A stretch of 63,985 nucleotides of DNA, the filler included, from Stramenopiles sp. TOSAG23-3 (lineage: Eukaryota): NCBI GenBank assembly GCA_900128585.1. It is 11 parts of 11 records of this genome, joined end to end, with 100 filler letters (N's around TTAATTAATTAA, not from the genome) between each part and the next. Parts side by side here need not be neighbours in the genome. Positions count along the whole stretch, not along the records: positions 52,924 to 58,668 come from LT643441.1; positions 58,769 to 63,985 come from LT643576.1; 9 more parts are not named here. One strand, 5' to 3'. The notes below the pieces were generated by a model. The model did no database searches and was not told the DNA's origin. It saw nothing but the letters and a program-made list of their open reading frames with translations. This document shows positions 52,925 to 63,985 of the stretch, one piece after another. The position numbers and the translations under genes were made by a program. Position 1 is the first letter of the stretch. The number at the start of each line of letters is the position of its first letter.

Positions 52925-55198
52925 CCTTCTTCAGGTTCGACACCAGCTCCAGCAGTCGCTCTCGATGCCCCAAAATCAGGTGGAAACAAACATTCAAATA
53001 GAGGTAGCAGGAGGAAGGTCCGGACCAAACTGCAAATCTCCAGCGCAAGGAAACAGCCCAATAGCACAACACTCGACAGCCCAATGGGAAGTAAAGGAAA
53101 CCGAAAGAAAATTTCACCCAGCGCCCCGACAAACCCTCGCAGAGGAAACGGGCGAGGGCGAACCGTGCACAGCGTTCCCTCGCAAGAAAAACTCGTGCAA
53201 AACAGCCCCATTGGCGAAGTCTCGTCGACTCCTCCACAAAAACCATCGTCGCCCTCGGGCGCATCGATGTTTCAGTTTCCTTTATGGAAGAAAAAACCAA
53301 AAATAGATCCTGTCCCATTTGAAATCAGCATATCTCCCGCTCAGTTGTCGCCCAAAGAAGCGTTTGAAGCTTCCGGCGAGTTTCAGCGAGCAGCCCTTGC
53401 CCCCCGCGCGATGGGGGACACTGAACCGAATAGAACAAAATTAATGAAAACAAAGTCGGAGGCGGACGGTATCAGGGTTGCAGAACCAATCATAGGCGAA
53501 CCGCTTACCCCTTTAGGTTCTGCTTTAGCCGAAAAGGAGGCTAAGACCAGCAAGAGAGGTGGGTTTTTCTCCTTTCTTGGGGGCGGAAAAAAGAAGGCAA
53601 AAGACGGTGCAAAGCTATCAAAGGCCAGCAAAGGCGAAAGGGACAGTCAGGGCGACTCCCCGCACAGGCTACTCCAGTCTAAACAAAAGAAAACTTCCAA
53701 AAGTGCCCCTGGTCTGCAAGACGGGGCGACCCCAGCTTCAGCGGCCAACACAGTTCCTGACAAAGTGGAGCCCGTCCAACACAAGCAAAGCTCGACTTCC
53801 CCCTTTCACGCATTTCCGCTGTGGAAAAATGCAAAGAAAAATGTAGGAGACGCAGATAAAGCCCTGGCCAACTTTGCCGTAACACAAACCGACCCAAAGC
53901 GCTCGGTGTCGTCCAAGAAGACGAAGATACCCACGCCGCCAAAGCGACCTTCCGAATCAGGGGGGAATAGGTTTCGTCGCAATCTCTCCAACAAGAATAT
54001 ATCTTCCCCGCCACCAATACAGAGCACCTCTCCGCGCCTGAACGATAAGGATGCAGTAGACCATTTTGATTTGCAATCGACTCAGGACTCTGATGCAGAC
54101 CCACTAGGAGTGTCCATTACCGCCCGTAAAGACGCTGCTGCGTCCAGTGCCATGTCTGTTTCTCAATTAAGTTTGTCGCTGAAAGACAGCTCTAACGACG
54201 AAGGCTCGCTGCCGGCATTTTCCCCCAAAGGGGTCGTAGCAAAGACCGGGGCGTCCCTGTTCCGTCAATCCCTTTCGCCAACACCAATTCAATGGAAACG
54301 TGGGGAGATGATTGGGAGCGGAACGTACGGTGATGTCTTTATGGCACTGAACCAAGTAACAGGGGAACTGTTCTGCGTCAAGCAAATTCGTGTACAGCCT
54401 GGTTCAGGGGGCGCCAAAGAAGCGAAGGCGCGAGTAACGGCCTTGGAGAGGGAGATTTCTGTAATGAAAAATTTGGAGCACCCGCACATAGTCCGGTATT
54501 TGGGCACAGAGTCTCATTCGGATGCCATAAACAACTCAGCTTTCAGGAAAGTGTTTGTTTTCTTGGAGTATGTCCCCGGTGGATCTTTGTCCAAAATGCT
54601 GCGTCAATTCGGATCTTTCGGCGAGCAAGTCGTCTGCCGCTATTCTTATCAAATTCTCCTTGGCCTCGACTATTTGCATAGCCAAGGAATTATTCACAGG
54701 GATATCAAAGGAGCAAATGTCCTGGTATCGGAAGCGGGTGTCGCTAAGCTTGCTGACTTCGGGTGCTCTAAGCAGCTCCAGGGAGCAGCCACGGGATCAA
54801 TGGACGAAAGCTTGCGTTCAATTCGCGGCTCGATTCCATGGATGGCGCCGGAGGTGATCCGACAATCGGGCCATGGCCGAAGTGCGGACATATGGAGCTT
54901 AGGAGCCACGGTTATTGAAATGTTGACCGCAGAGAGGCCATGGCCCGAACTTGGGGATAGTTTTGCAGCCCTTTTTCACGTCGCTAGTGCAAAAACGGGT
55001 CCCCCGTGCAACGTTGATATATCCGACGTTTGCAGAGATTTCCTAGACCACTGTTTTCCAATCGACCCCGAAGAGCGGTGGTCTGCCTCCGAACTTATGA
55101 AGCATAAGTTTGTTGCAGGGGTTGCGAAATTAAATAGCGGCGTGAGACGCAAAAGGCCGTCGAGAGGGGAGGGTGTTGCTCGAAGCAGTGAATTCTAA
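52925..55198 (+). CDS. MAP kinase kinase kinase (STE11/NPK1-like), probably 5'-partial
   Basis: The frame is open from the contig edge (first ATG 53084). WKRGEMIGSGTYG, FLEYVPGGS, HRDIKGANVL, KLADFGCSK, GSIPWMAPEV, ADIWSLGATVIEM. Confidence 0.94.
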   Translation, partial: PSSGSTPAPAVALDAPKSGGNKHSNRGSRRKVRTKLQISSARKQPNSTTLDSPMGSKGNRKKISPSAPTNPRRGNGRGRTVHSVPSQEKLVQNSPIGEVSSTPPQKPSSPSGASMFQFPLWKKKPKIDPVPFEISISPAQLSPKEAFEASGEFQRAALAPRAMGDTEPNRTKLMKTKSEADGIRVAEPIIGEPLTPLGSALAEKEAKTSKRGGFFSFLGGGKKKAKDGAKLSKASKGERDSQGDSPHRLLQSKQKKTSKSAPGLQDGATPASAANTVPDKVEPVQHKQSSTSPFHAFPLWKNAKKNVGDADKALANFAVTQTDPKRSVSSKKTKIPTPPKRPSESGGNRFRRNLSNKNISSPPPIQSTSPRLNDKDAVDHFDLQSTQDSDADPLGVSITARKDAAASSAMSVSQLSLSLKDSSNDEGSLPAFSPKGVVAKTGASLFRQSLSPTPIQWKRGEMIGSGTYGDVFMALNQVTGELFCVKQIRVQPGSGGAKEAKARVTALEREISVMKNLEHPHIVRYLGTESHSDAINNSAFRKVFVFLEYVPGGSLSKMLRQFGSFGEQVVCRYSYQILLGLDYLHSQGIIHRDIKGANVLVSEAGVAKLADFGCSKQLQGAATGSMDESLRSIRGSIPWMAPEVIRQSGHGRSADIWSLGATVIEMLTAERPWPELGDSFAALFHVASAKTGPPCNVDISDVCRDFLDHCFPIDPEERWSASELMKHKFVAGVAKLNSGVRRKRPSRGEGVARSSEF

Positions 55199-55352
55199 TA
55201 TACCTCTTTATTCGTAAGCATACGTCGGTCGTAAGAACACTCTAAAATAAAACAAATAAAATTTATTCTTTTCTTCCCTTGCAAAAACGCAGCAGCAGTA
55301 GTACTAAAAGTAAGAGACTCCGATTTTACAATTTAGAAAGCCTCAGTGCAGT

Positions 55353-57029
55353 TCAGTGCGCCCCGAAGCCCCGCTGGTTCCAACCTAAAGTTTGAGCATA
55401 AGATAGTGCGGCTTCGGCAGCTTGTATTTGTCCCGCAGACGTTAAGACTCTACCGTACTGCATCCAAACGTACGGACTGTACGGTCTCTCAAATGATCTC
55501 TGGCAGTGTAAGACACGTGCTAAGTTAATATCGCCATTCTTCTCTGCGCTGTCTAACAATGTTTGTTCGATAACGTCCACGTGTTCTAGTGGCATCGAGA
55601 GCGACTGCTGGAGCTGGTGTCGAACCTGAAGAAGGGATCGAACACACTTTTCATGGTTTCCAGAGTTGAACGCTTCCAGTGCGCCTATCAATTTGGAGTG
55701 TGCATTTTCTCCAATATTTCCATTGGTATCTCTCTCAGCGCTGGTAAATACGAATAGATCGTGGTGGGCCTTGTTCTCGCCCTTCAACAAAACATCGGAC
55801 AGGTCTTTGCCCTTCGCTTCCTCGCTGAAACCGTTCGGGGTGTCCAGCATACTGTCCAACATTGTAAGGTAAACATTTAAGTGTGGCAGTGGATCGGTGC
55901 AATCTTTTACTGCGTTCAACAGTCCCTCAACCACATAGCTCGCTTTATCGCTCAAACCATCCGTTTCCTGCCCACGAAGTTTTATGACCCAAAGCACCAG
56001 GGTAGCGTACACAAAATCGTTTGCCACCAATGGACGCCCAACAAGGGCCTCTTCCGTGTTGAAGTTGACACCCAGCTGGTGCATCGCCAGGCTGTCGTCC
56101 CCGTGTTCCAAATGATACAACGCCCGCCACCAACTTACAACACGCGCAACTTCGTCGGCCGACTTCCATTGTTCTTCTACTTCCCTTAGAAATCGGAGCC
56201 CTTCTCGGGGCTTTGAAGTTCCTAAAAAACACTTGCAAACGGACTGTATCGCGGTCTCGTTGGAAGAGTCAATATTCAACGCCCGCATGCCCGCCTCTTC
56301 GGCCTCGGCAAACATTCCATTCTCAGCCAAACCGTACGAGTGCATACCCAGGACAAGAGAATAGCCTTGGACGCTTGGGTCCCAGTATGGAAGGATTCTC
56401 GTAACAAATTGCTTCAAGTTTTCAAAGTCCCCTAGTTTGAAATACGCATCATGAAGTGCGCGGCACGCCAATAAATCGGTTGGGTTTTCTCGCAGCACCG
56501 CCTCCCAGAAACGTGAGCCCAGTACGTAGTCACCGGAACACGCCGCGTGAAAACCCTGTATGTGCAACTTTTCGTACTCCGCTGTCTCCTCTTCCAAGTA
56601 AATGCGTCTTGTTTCTCCCAGGCATGTTTCTAGCGAGAGGGTGTCCATACTTCCACAACCCTCTTCATTTTCTAACGGTGGCAAAAAATGTTGTTGAAAG
56701 TGCAAGGAGAGACCCAATCCACAAAGTGCCAGGGGCATACCAATCTTGCCTTCGCTTGCGGATAGTGCGTCCGAAAAATAAATTCTTGGGTCCCCGTGGC
56801 GTAATAGACTCCTTGCCGCGTACGCTTCTACCCCTCGTTCGTACGAGTCAATTGTATCCCGAGTTGAGGCGTTGGACGACGGGTCCGCGGCAAAAGAAAT
56901 CTGTAACCCCCGGCTATCTCCGAGCCGGACGTAATCAGAGAACGCCCGAGTTCGCAACCCCGCTCTGAACGCACGCCCGTACTTTTTTGAAAACATTATG
57001 TTTGGCAATCTAAAACCATGCCGATTCAT
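55353..57029 (-). CDS. TTC38-like tetratricopeptide repeat protein, probably mitochondrial
   Basis: Arg-rich transit-like N-terminus; WEAVLRENPTDLLA...HDAYF.LG...RILPYW...GMHSYGLAENG.F..AEE pattern of TTC38. Confidence 0.75.
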   Translation of the reverse strand: MNRHGFRLPNIMFSKKYGRAFRAGLRTRAFSDYVRLGDSRGLQISFAADPSSNASTRDTIDSYERGVEAYAARSLLRHGDPRIYFSDALSASEGKIGMPLALCGLGLSLHFQQHFLPPLENEEGCGSMDTLSLETCLGETRRIYLEEETAEYEKLHIQGFHAACSGDYVLGSRFWEAVLRENPTDLLACRALHDAYFKLGDFENLKQFVTRILPYWDPSVQGYSLVLGMHSYGLAENGMFAEAEEAGMRALNIDSSNETAIQSVCKCFLGTSKPREGLRFLREVEEQWKSADEVARVVSWWRALYHLEHGDDSLAMHQLGVNFNTEEALVGRPLVANDFVYATLVLWVIKLRGQETDGLSDKASYVVEGLLNAVKDCTDPLPHLNVYLTMLDSMLDTPNGFSEEAKGKDLSDVLLKGENKAHHDLFVFTSAERDTNGNIGENAHSKLIGALEAFNSGNHEKCVRSLLQVRHQLQQSLSMPLEHVDVIEQTLLDSAEKNGDINLARVLHCQRSFERPYSPYVWMQYGRVLTSAGQIQAAEAALSYAQTLGWNQRGFGAH

Positions 57030-57786
57030 TTCTGTTTCGATTCTGTAAACTCGAATAATGCCAATTATAACAGCCGTTCATAGAGCATCAGTTTATAACG
57101 ATTTGTACAATCGTAAATTATTTAATCGTTGCCTTGTATCATTTGAATTTTTTTCTTGCTGCTTCTATTCTTTCCACCGCCGACCACCACCACCACCAAC
57201 AAACAAGTTTTTTTTTTTGATGATTTTTTATTGATGATTGTTGTGAGCGATAATATGATGAGATGAGATAGAAGATATGATGAGAAGATAGAAGATAGAA
57301 GAAGAAGAGGAGGAGAGGGATGGAAGAAAGAAGAAGGAAAAAAAAAGAAGGTGAGAAAAGAGAAGAAGAAAGAATGAAAGAACTCAACAACAACACAACA
57401 GGTCAAACAACAACCACCAAAAAAAAATCGAAAAAGGAGATATAATTAATCATTTCCTTAATTATAGAAGATCTCTGAATAATTCTTTTCAAAATACACA
57501 GACGATCATATAATACCATCATTAATGAAATTCAATTATTTAAAGACGGCGGACGGACAAGAATGAAAACATTAGTAAAATTATTTGAGGCGAAAAACAT
57601 ATTTCTGTGATTTTATCATTCGTTTTCTTTCGTTCTTTGGTAGGTTTGTCCTGAAATAAGTTGATCATCCCTTGGGTTAAAACGGGACGGGAAAGTGGAA
57701 CGTGTAATAGTGAAAACGAGTCGGTTGCAGAACTTGCTTGAAACGGTGTACCCACCCGTTTGTAAATATAATAACGCAGTATCGGT

Positions 57787-58668
57787 ATGCTTTCGGCGCC
57801 TGATCAGGCGAAAAGGGGGCGGATGATTCGTGTCAAGTACCCGCCGGGGGACAAATTTGTGGATGAGGCGAGCATGCAAAGGGTAGGAAGGTCGGCAAAT
57901 CTCCCGCAAGTAGCGTCTAGATCGAGTGATAAAGTGCGTGTTTCAGCGGACAAAATGTCAAAGGGTTTAAGTGAGGCACAGGGAGCGGGACGCCAACTTG
58001 GAACAGGGGATGGCGGCAATAATTACGATGCCATGCTCCAGAACACAACGGCAGGGAACCACACCGGCATTGGAGAGGATGAAAAGCGTGCTGGGCGCTT
58101 CGGGAACCCACGGTCCAGCCGTTATGCAGGCCCGGGCCGGAATACAGCGCAAGGGAAGAAAAGTGAGCAGACGTGGCAGATATCGGCAACGGGACGGATA
58201 AAGTATCCGACGAAAAAATCGCAGAGTAAACATGGCGCCAAACGCCGGGAGAACAAGAACGTTTTCATTAGCAATAGTAGTGGTCTTGAAATGGCAGGTG
58301 GCAGATCCGGCAACAGTGCCGAGGCACGTGCCGTTCGAAGAAGATGGCAACAGGACACTGACATGCACAACTCAAGACTAAAGGCCATATTTGGGAAAAA
58401 ACAGAAGGGCAACCTTGCTAACGTGGGTGGTTCCTCACCGTCGGAGAATTTTCTTTTAAGAGACATGGGCAGGGACCCCAATGCGGCATCGAATACGCCG
58501 TCGGATGAAGTGTCAAACTTAGCGACACCTGTAAAAAAATCATCGCCGCTGAGTGGAGTGAGTTCTCGAGAAACTGCGTCTCCGTCTCCCCCTCCGGGCA
58601 TGGCACCGCCTGATAGAAGGCGCCCTGCGTCATTGCGGAAACGTTCGGCCAAAAAAGTAGTTAGTAGT
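57787..58668 (+). CDS. Hypothetical low-complexity protein, 3'-truncated
   Basis: Open to the contig edge; coding-like composition; no domain recognised. Confidence 0.6.
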
Positions 58669-58768
58669 NNNNNNNNNNNNNNNNNNNNNNNNNNNNNNNN
58701 NNNNNNNNNNNNTTAATTAATTAANNNNNNNNNNNNNNNNNNNNNNNNNNNNNNNNNNNNNNNNNNNN
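58669..58768. other. Artificial contig-joining spacer
   Basis: N44-TTAATTAATTAA-N44. Confidence 0.99.
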
Positions 58769-59730
58769 TATATATAATAATAAATTTTAATTAAAAAAAT
58801 CCTACGTACATATTTATTATAAAATATAAAAATACAAACAAAAAAAAAAACAAAAAAAGTTCTACCTCCTCTCTTCTTCTTCTTCACTATTTAATAATAC
58901 TTCGAGCTGTTCGTTCTACTATTATTCTACATAACTCTGGTATTATTATTAATTAATAATACTATTTAGTGTATTTCATATACGACCTACCTTCAGCACA
59001 CTAACTAGGTAGTCTTCTCGTATACTAGTATATAGTATATAGAATCCTTTTCTTTTTTTTCTTCTTCTTCAATGTCCTATATATAATTTTTAATACTCGA
59101 TAGTACCGTAGTAGAGACTAATAAGTACATTTTTTTTTAATTTTATTTATTTTTATTCTTCTTCTTTCTTCTTCTACGTAGAGCTAACGAAGGGGACTTC
59201 TTCTTCTTGTTGGACTTGTGCTGAATGATTGACTTTATTATAGAACTGACTAGTAGTGTTACGTCTTTAGCTTCTATCTATTCCATTATATATCTATTAT
59301 ATTAATACAACCTACAACACAATGTACGCTGTGTAGTCCTCGTACATTAAGCCACTCAACTCAACTCAATCAAGGTCAAGTTGATGTTCTCTTTCTTGGT
59401 AGACTACATAGTGTACATTGTTAAATTAATTTACTACGGGTATACTCTCTCTATATATTAAGTGTCTAAAACTAGACAAATATAATAAATTACTATCTAA
59501 TAGTCTAATAAATATACGGATTTATTTATTTATTTATTTTATTATCGCTCATAAAAAAGAAGCCAAATGGATTTTGACATAATACACTAATAAGTCTATG
59601 GTATTTAATTAGGTGAAATGTTTATTATTTAACTCATATTAGATTCGATTTTTGTTTTGTCACTTGTTGTTCTGCTGAGTTTTTATCAACTAACTCTCGT
59701 ATTTCTTTCTGTCCTCTCGCAGTCCATCAC

Positions 59731-62700
59731 TTACATTTTTCCAGGAAATCGTGAGGCGAGGGAAATTCGTGCATAATCTTCCCAGGATTTCCACCCCAAT
59801 TTATTGCAGATCGACGATAGTTCTTTCCACAACACGAACTTCGATGGGAATGCACCTCCGCTATCTTTCACACCACCCAGCATCGCAAGCAAGTGCTTCA
59901 GTGCGTGTCCGTACCTCTCGGAGTGTACCTCGCGGCGATAATTCAAAACAGCATATTTGCTCATTTTTACCACCCATCGCTCCATTTCTTTCCAGGTCTC
60001 GTCCACAAGAGACGAATTGCCAGCCGATATTGCGGCATGCAATTTGCGGTGTAGTGCATCGACCAGGATGCCCTTCAGGGCCTCCCTGTGCTCTCTCTCC
60101 CGCTTTCCGTCCTTGTCGTCTGTCGCGACATTCGCCCCAAGACTAAGCTTGATCTTGTCCGTATCAATAGCACTCAAAATTGCATCGGCAGCGCTGACAA
60201 TCTTGTTCAGTTGATCTTCTCCATGCGCTTTAGAAGGGATAAACTTGTCAGCAGTGAAAGAATTGCTCTCATGCGATAGCAACATTTGCAAATACTGCGT
60301 TTTAAGCAATACTGCGCTGTACTTTTCACTAGCGGCATCAATCTTGCCGACGGCTGTTTCCACTTGGGCTGCGGCGTCTGCGAATCCATCCTTCCCAACC
60401 TTCGTTTTTGCCTCGTCTAGGTACCAAGACGCTAGTTTTGTTTGCATAGACTTTTCCTTCGAATCCTCGTCGGAATTGTTCTTTTTGTCCGGTTTGGCTT
60501 TCTTCGGGATTACGGCTTTGATAGCATAGCCGCCTGGAAACGTACCGTCCCCAACGAATGCCTTGGAGGCGGAACCATCGAGGTAGGTGATTGACCCGAC
60601 CAACGTATCTCCTGGTTTAGAACCTTTCGGAACGTTCATATTCGACGGAACCGAGACAAATACAGGGAACACAGTGCCTTTGGACACCTTCACAGTCCTC
60701 ACCAAATCTTCGCCCGAAGATGCGCCAGCTAGCGAGCGATGCGCGGTCAAACTCACATTTTTGCCCAGACTCCTTTCAATCAGCAGGATCATGTCTTGGA
60801 AGTCTTTCAGTTTCTTGGTGGATGCGTGCCTAATGTTGAATTGAATCGTGTTTTTCCCCTTCGGTGCGGTAATCGTTTCTTCGAATGCATCGCCGGTGCC
60901 AACCAAACGTTTGTTTTCATCGTACACGTAGTAAAACTGGGAACCAAAGTTGGATTCGTACAGCAAATCGTTCAGGCGAGGCGCACGCACATTGATTTTT
61001 CCAGAATCCTCCTGGTTGAAAGAGTACTCCAACACCAACTTGTATATGAGTCGATCGTTCGGCATCAAATCTCTCTCGTTCAGACCAGCAACAATCTTAG
61101 ACGAGATTGGCCGCAGAATTTCACGCCATTTCGTAAATTTACCAGATGGTTTCAAAGAAACTTGGTTCAAATTCGCAGCCAAGTCAACACGGGATATATT
61201 TTCCCCGCTGGGAAACACTAGCTCCTGCTGACTGGGGGAAACACCCCTGAACGTCACATCAATCACCACGTTGCTATTGCCCAGCGAACTCCAGTACTGC
61301 GCGAGACAGACTTCCAGCGTGTGGCCAGGGTAAACCTTGCAGCTATATCCAACGCGGTCCGTTGAGACCATTCGGAAAGACTTCTTGAACGAAACGTCTC
61401 GGTGCGCATACTGCTTCACGACTTGCTGCAAGTGCAACATGTATATCCTGCTGTTGGCAAAGGCATTCGAACCGGATATGACAATATCAACCCATTGGGC
61501 GCCAGCGGGGACCGCAACAAATCGTCGCTCAATGGACCCAGACTCCAACCGTACTTCTCCGAGAGATCCAGTTACCCCGTTACTTCCCAGTTTTTCCGGA
61601 ACGACAACCGTAATTGGAACACGAAATACAGGGCCACTGGACGGACTTGCGCTATCGTACCCCGATATCTCTGCAAAATGCACTCCAGCAGAAAGGCCAG
61701 TGGGGTCGACCCTCACCTCAAACCCACGCCCTCCATGCATTAGGACCATGTGGGATGCTACGCTCACCCACCGTGCAGATGCCTTCAGATCAACACGCAT
61801 TTCAAAATCAATCAAATTGCGCTTCAGGGAGTCTTCGTGAAATATAGGGTTTACACTGACACTCGAGACATATGGTTGGGACACCTGGTGCGGCTGTCGT
61901 AAATAAATTCCCCGAGGGGAAAGTTCGAAGTTGACATCTTCGTACACCTTCTGCTTCTGTGCCATGACGTACTCATAGGCATCATCAATTTGGACCAGGC
62001 CCCTGCCAGAATCCAAGATGGTCCCATTGTTAGGAATCGGTTTTGCAGAATTTTCCAAGGCTCGGCGAATACGAGCAGGGGAATATGAAGTACCGTTCTG
62101 TTTTAAGGCAGAAAGTAACAAGGCAACATTGCCGGCACAGTTCGGGCTGGACATGGACGTTCCGTTCATCAGTTGGTTCCTTTGGAGCGTCCACGTGGGA
62201 ACACAGGTGATCGCTCCCCCCGGCGCGGACACTGATACACCGTAGTCCCCATCAAACGCTGGGCCACGAGAGCTCCAAGTGTAATTCTTCGCACCTTGGA
62301 CCTCTCTTAATTGGTACTCTGCTGCCATCATGTGAGGACTTACGTAAGCACCGACGCTAATGATCCCGGTAGTGGTGCCGCCTGGGGCACCCACACTGGA
62401 CAGAGCCGGGCCAGCATTGCCTGCGGACGCGACAAAAATCACATTGTGCTTATTGACAAGCTCGTTGGCAAACTTACAGAAAGTTCCCGAATTCAACGAT
62501 TTTGCAGGTTCTCCGTACGACATGTTGACTACGTCGCACTTGTTTTCCAAAACAGCAATGAGCCCACGAATAAGACCCGTCCCCGTCTCCATGCTACCAA
62601 GGTGCGTGTCGCCGATGCGAATCCCAACAATTTGAGCGCCCGGTGCAATACCATTAACTTCGGGGGAATCGGGGTAATTGGCAGCCACAATACCGCTGAC

Positions 62701-63519
62701 ATGCGTCCCGTGGGCGCCAGCATCGTTCACTATGGATAATACGTTCCCATTATCGTATATGTTGCACGCAAAGTTTAACACCGCATCGTCTATGGAAAAA
62801 GTAGAATACTGCCTTTCGGCACGAAAATTTGTTAAGAGAGGAACTTTGGTTAGGTCCCCGGAGCCATCCACGTCAACCGCTGCTCGCCAGCAAGACCCAT
62901 CATGGAACACAACGCAATCAAACACTGGGCCAAAATCTTCGTACTTTGCCGACAGTGCCTCCAGCTGCGTAACCCGCTCTTTCATTTCTGCAATCCGCTT
63001 TTTGATGGCTTCATCTTTCGAGCCTTTGTTCAGTGCTTCGAAATCGTCTGTTTCTCGCTGAGCCGTGTTCACCTGCGTTCTGCACTTTTCATTCCAAACC
63101 TTTTTTCGCTCCTTCTCGACCCTTCGCTTCAAACCGCGGGGGTAGATATCGTACCCGCGCTTCATCCCCATGCGAATTTTGCCATCAGGTATAGACCAAT
63201 CAGAAGAAAGCTTCAGTGTTCGACCAGTTTTGCCAACAACAGTAGATTTTTCTTGGAGGTTTACTGTTTTGACTGTGCTCATGTCCACGTCCCCACTCCC
63301 TGTCGCATCCACCAGATCTATCACTTTGGCGCGGCCGTCGGATGTTACTTGCAAGCCAGCTGCACCCGGATCGACACCAGTATCCAGGATCCCTACAACA
63401 ACACCGCGCCCATCACAGGACGTGTACTTTTCGATAAAAGCCTGGGCTTGCGTATCGGTCTTCGGCATAATACCTGTCGTCCAGTCGGGTGCAGCAACGT
63501 TTTGTGCTAATGTCGCCAT
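59731..63519 (-). CDS. TPP2: Tripeptidyl-peptidase II (subtilisin-like S8)
   Basis: First ATG 63519 (MATLAQN). DGRGVVVGILDTGVDPGA, HGTHVSGI, SAGNAGPALS, LMNGTSMSSP catalytic motifs, followed by the long TPPII C-terminal region. Confidence 0.97.
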   Translation of the reverse strand: MATLAQNVAAPDWTTGIMPKTDTQAQAFIEKYTSCDGRGVVVGILDTGVDPGAAGLQVTSDGRAKVIDLVDATGSGDVDMSTVKTVNLQEKSTVVGKTGRTLKLSSDWSIPDGKIRMGMKRGYDIYPRGLKRRVEKERKKVWNEKCRTQVNTAQRETDDFEALNKGSKDEAIKKRIAEMKERVTQLEALSAKYEDFGPVFDCVVFHDGSCWRAAVDVDGSGDLTKVPLLTNFRAERQYSTFSIDDAVLNFACNIYDNGNVLSIVNDAGAHGTHVSGIVAANYPDSPEVNGIAPGAQIVGIRIGDTHLGSMETGTGLIRGLIAVLENKCDVVNMSYGEPAKSLNSGTFCKFANELVNKHNVIFVASAGNAGPALSSVGAPGGTTTGIISVGAYVSPHMMAAEYQLREVQGAKNYTWSSRGPAFDGDYGVSVSAPGGAITCVPTWTLQRNQLMNGTSMSSPNCAGNVALLLSALKQNGTSYSPARIRRALENSAKPIPNNGTILDSGRGLVQIDDAYEYVMAQKQKVYEDVNFELSPRGIYLRQPHQVSQPYVSSVSVNPIFHEDSLKRNLIDFEMRVDLKASARWVSVASHMVLMHGGRGFEVRVDPTGLSAGVHFAEISGYDSASPSSGPVFRVPITVVVPEKLGSNGVTGSLGEVRLESGSIERRFVAVPAGAQWVDIVISGSNAFANSRIYMLHLQQVVKQYAHRDVSFKKSFRMVSTDRVGYSCKVYPGHTLEVCLAQYWSSLGNSNVVIDVTFRGVSPSQQELVFPSGENISRVDLAANLNQVSLKPSGKFTKWREILRPISSKIVAGLNERDLMPNDRLIYKLVLEYSFNQEDSGKINVRAPRLNDLLYESNFGSQFYYVYDENKRLVGTGDAFEETITAPKGKNTIQFNIRHASTKKLKDFQDMILLIERSLGKNVSLTAHRSLAGASSGEDLVRTVKVSKGTVFPVFVSVPSNMNVPKGSKPGDTLVGSITYLDGSASKAFVGDGTFPGGYAIKAVIPKKAKPDKKNNSDEDSKEKSMQTKLASWYLDEAKTKVGKDGFADAAAQVETAVGKIDAASEKYSAVLLKTQYLQMLLSHESNSFTADKFIPSKAHGEDQLNKIVSAADAILSAIDTDKIKLSLGANVATDDKDGKREREHREALKGILVDALHRKLHAAISAGNSSLVDETWKEMERWVVKMSKYAVLNYRREVHSERYGHALKHLLAMLGGVKDSGGAFPSKFVLWKELSSICNKLGWKSWEDYARISLASRFPGKM

Positions 63520-63985
63520 AATGAATAATAGTTTAGAACGGTAGTTTAATGTAGGTATAACAATTTGTGTGTTTTGAAACAGATATATTGTATATGTTGC
63601 TTGAATATTGTGTATAATATTTGCGTGTGTGCAATTAAATGATTTCAATTGTTTTATTCTCACAGATACATATATACATTGACACACTCTATCAAATTCA
63701 AATATTCACAAAATCAATCAAATCTTTTTTGTTGTTCGCCGCCGCCGCATAATAATATAATAATAATAATAAAAATAATAATAATATAATAATAATATGA
63801 TGACAATTATTAAATAGTGAAGAAGAAGAAGAGAGGAGGTAGAACTTTTTTTGTTTTTTTTTTTGTTTTTGCTAAATATCTGAATTGCAGAATGATGAAC
63901 AAATAAATCTGTTCCTACATTATCTCCACTCGTTACATGCATCAATCATCCTGCTGTTGTTGTTGTTTGCTTGTTTTTGGTGCGT

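Noticed and set aside
5800-58768. Regularly spaced TTAATTAATTAA palindromes about every 5.9 kb, and any gene cluster spanning them
   Set aside because: Artificial six-frame-stop linkers between length-sorted contigs (5798, 5797, 5796, 5793, 5784, 5756, 5752, 5748, 5745 bp); there is no biological synteny.
59688-59736. GTAAGT overlapping the TPP2 stop (possible terminal intron) and an antisense ACTAAC...CAG
   Set aside because: No downstream acceptor restored a plausible TPP2 C-terminus; insufficient support without RNA data.

Overview
This is not a continuous locus. It is a concatenation of 11 unrelated eukaryotic contigs of about 5.75-5.80 kb, sorted by decreasing length (the last is cut by the window). 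They are joined by ten artificial 100-bp spacers (N44-TTAATTAATTAA-N44), so adjacency across spacers means nothing. The genes are almost all single-exon and moderately GC-rich, separated by very AT-rich intergenic DNA. This fits a MAG or single-cell assembly of an intron-poor flagellated protist; stramenopile-like is my inference. Recognisable genes: START-FYVE lipid-transfer protein, SRPK, NCKX exchanger, COQ2, signal-peptide JmjC oxygenase, PIERCE/DUF4490 ciliary protein, sideroflexin (partial), TM-RING-H2 ligase, Venus-flytrap receptor, PP1, p24/TMED10, HACL1, TLDc/OXR1-like, CASTOR/POLLUX-like channel, STE11-type MAP3K, TTC38-like and TPP2. The most notable items are: (1) a single-gene LRR-kinase-caspase-like protease whose near-identical 84-bp LRR repeats vary almost only at exposed positions, a candidate immune or cell-death sensor-effector; (2) two unannotated intron-encoded snoRNA candidates, one H/ACA and one C/D in a non-coding host; (3) a class-C-GPCR-type ligand-binding domain on a membrane module that is not a 7TM; (4) small repeat/MITE families shared between contigs. 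All calls come from reading motifs by eye; no searches were run.
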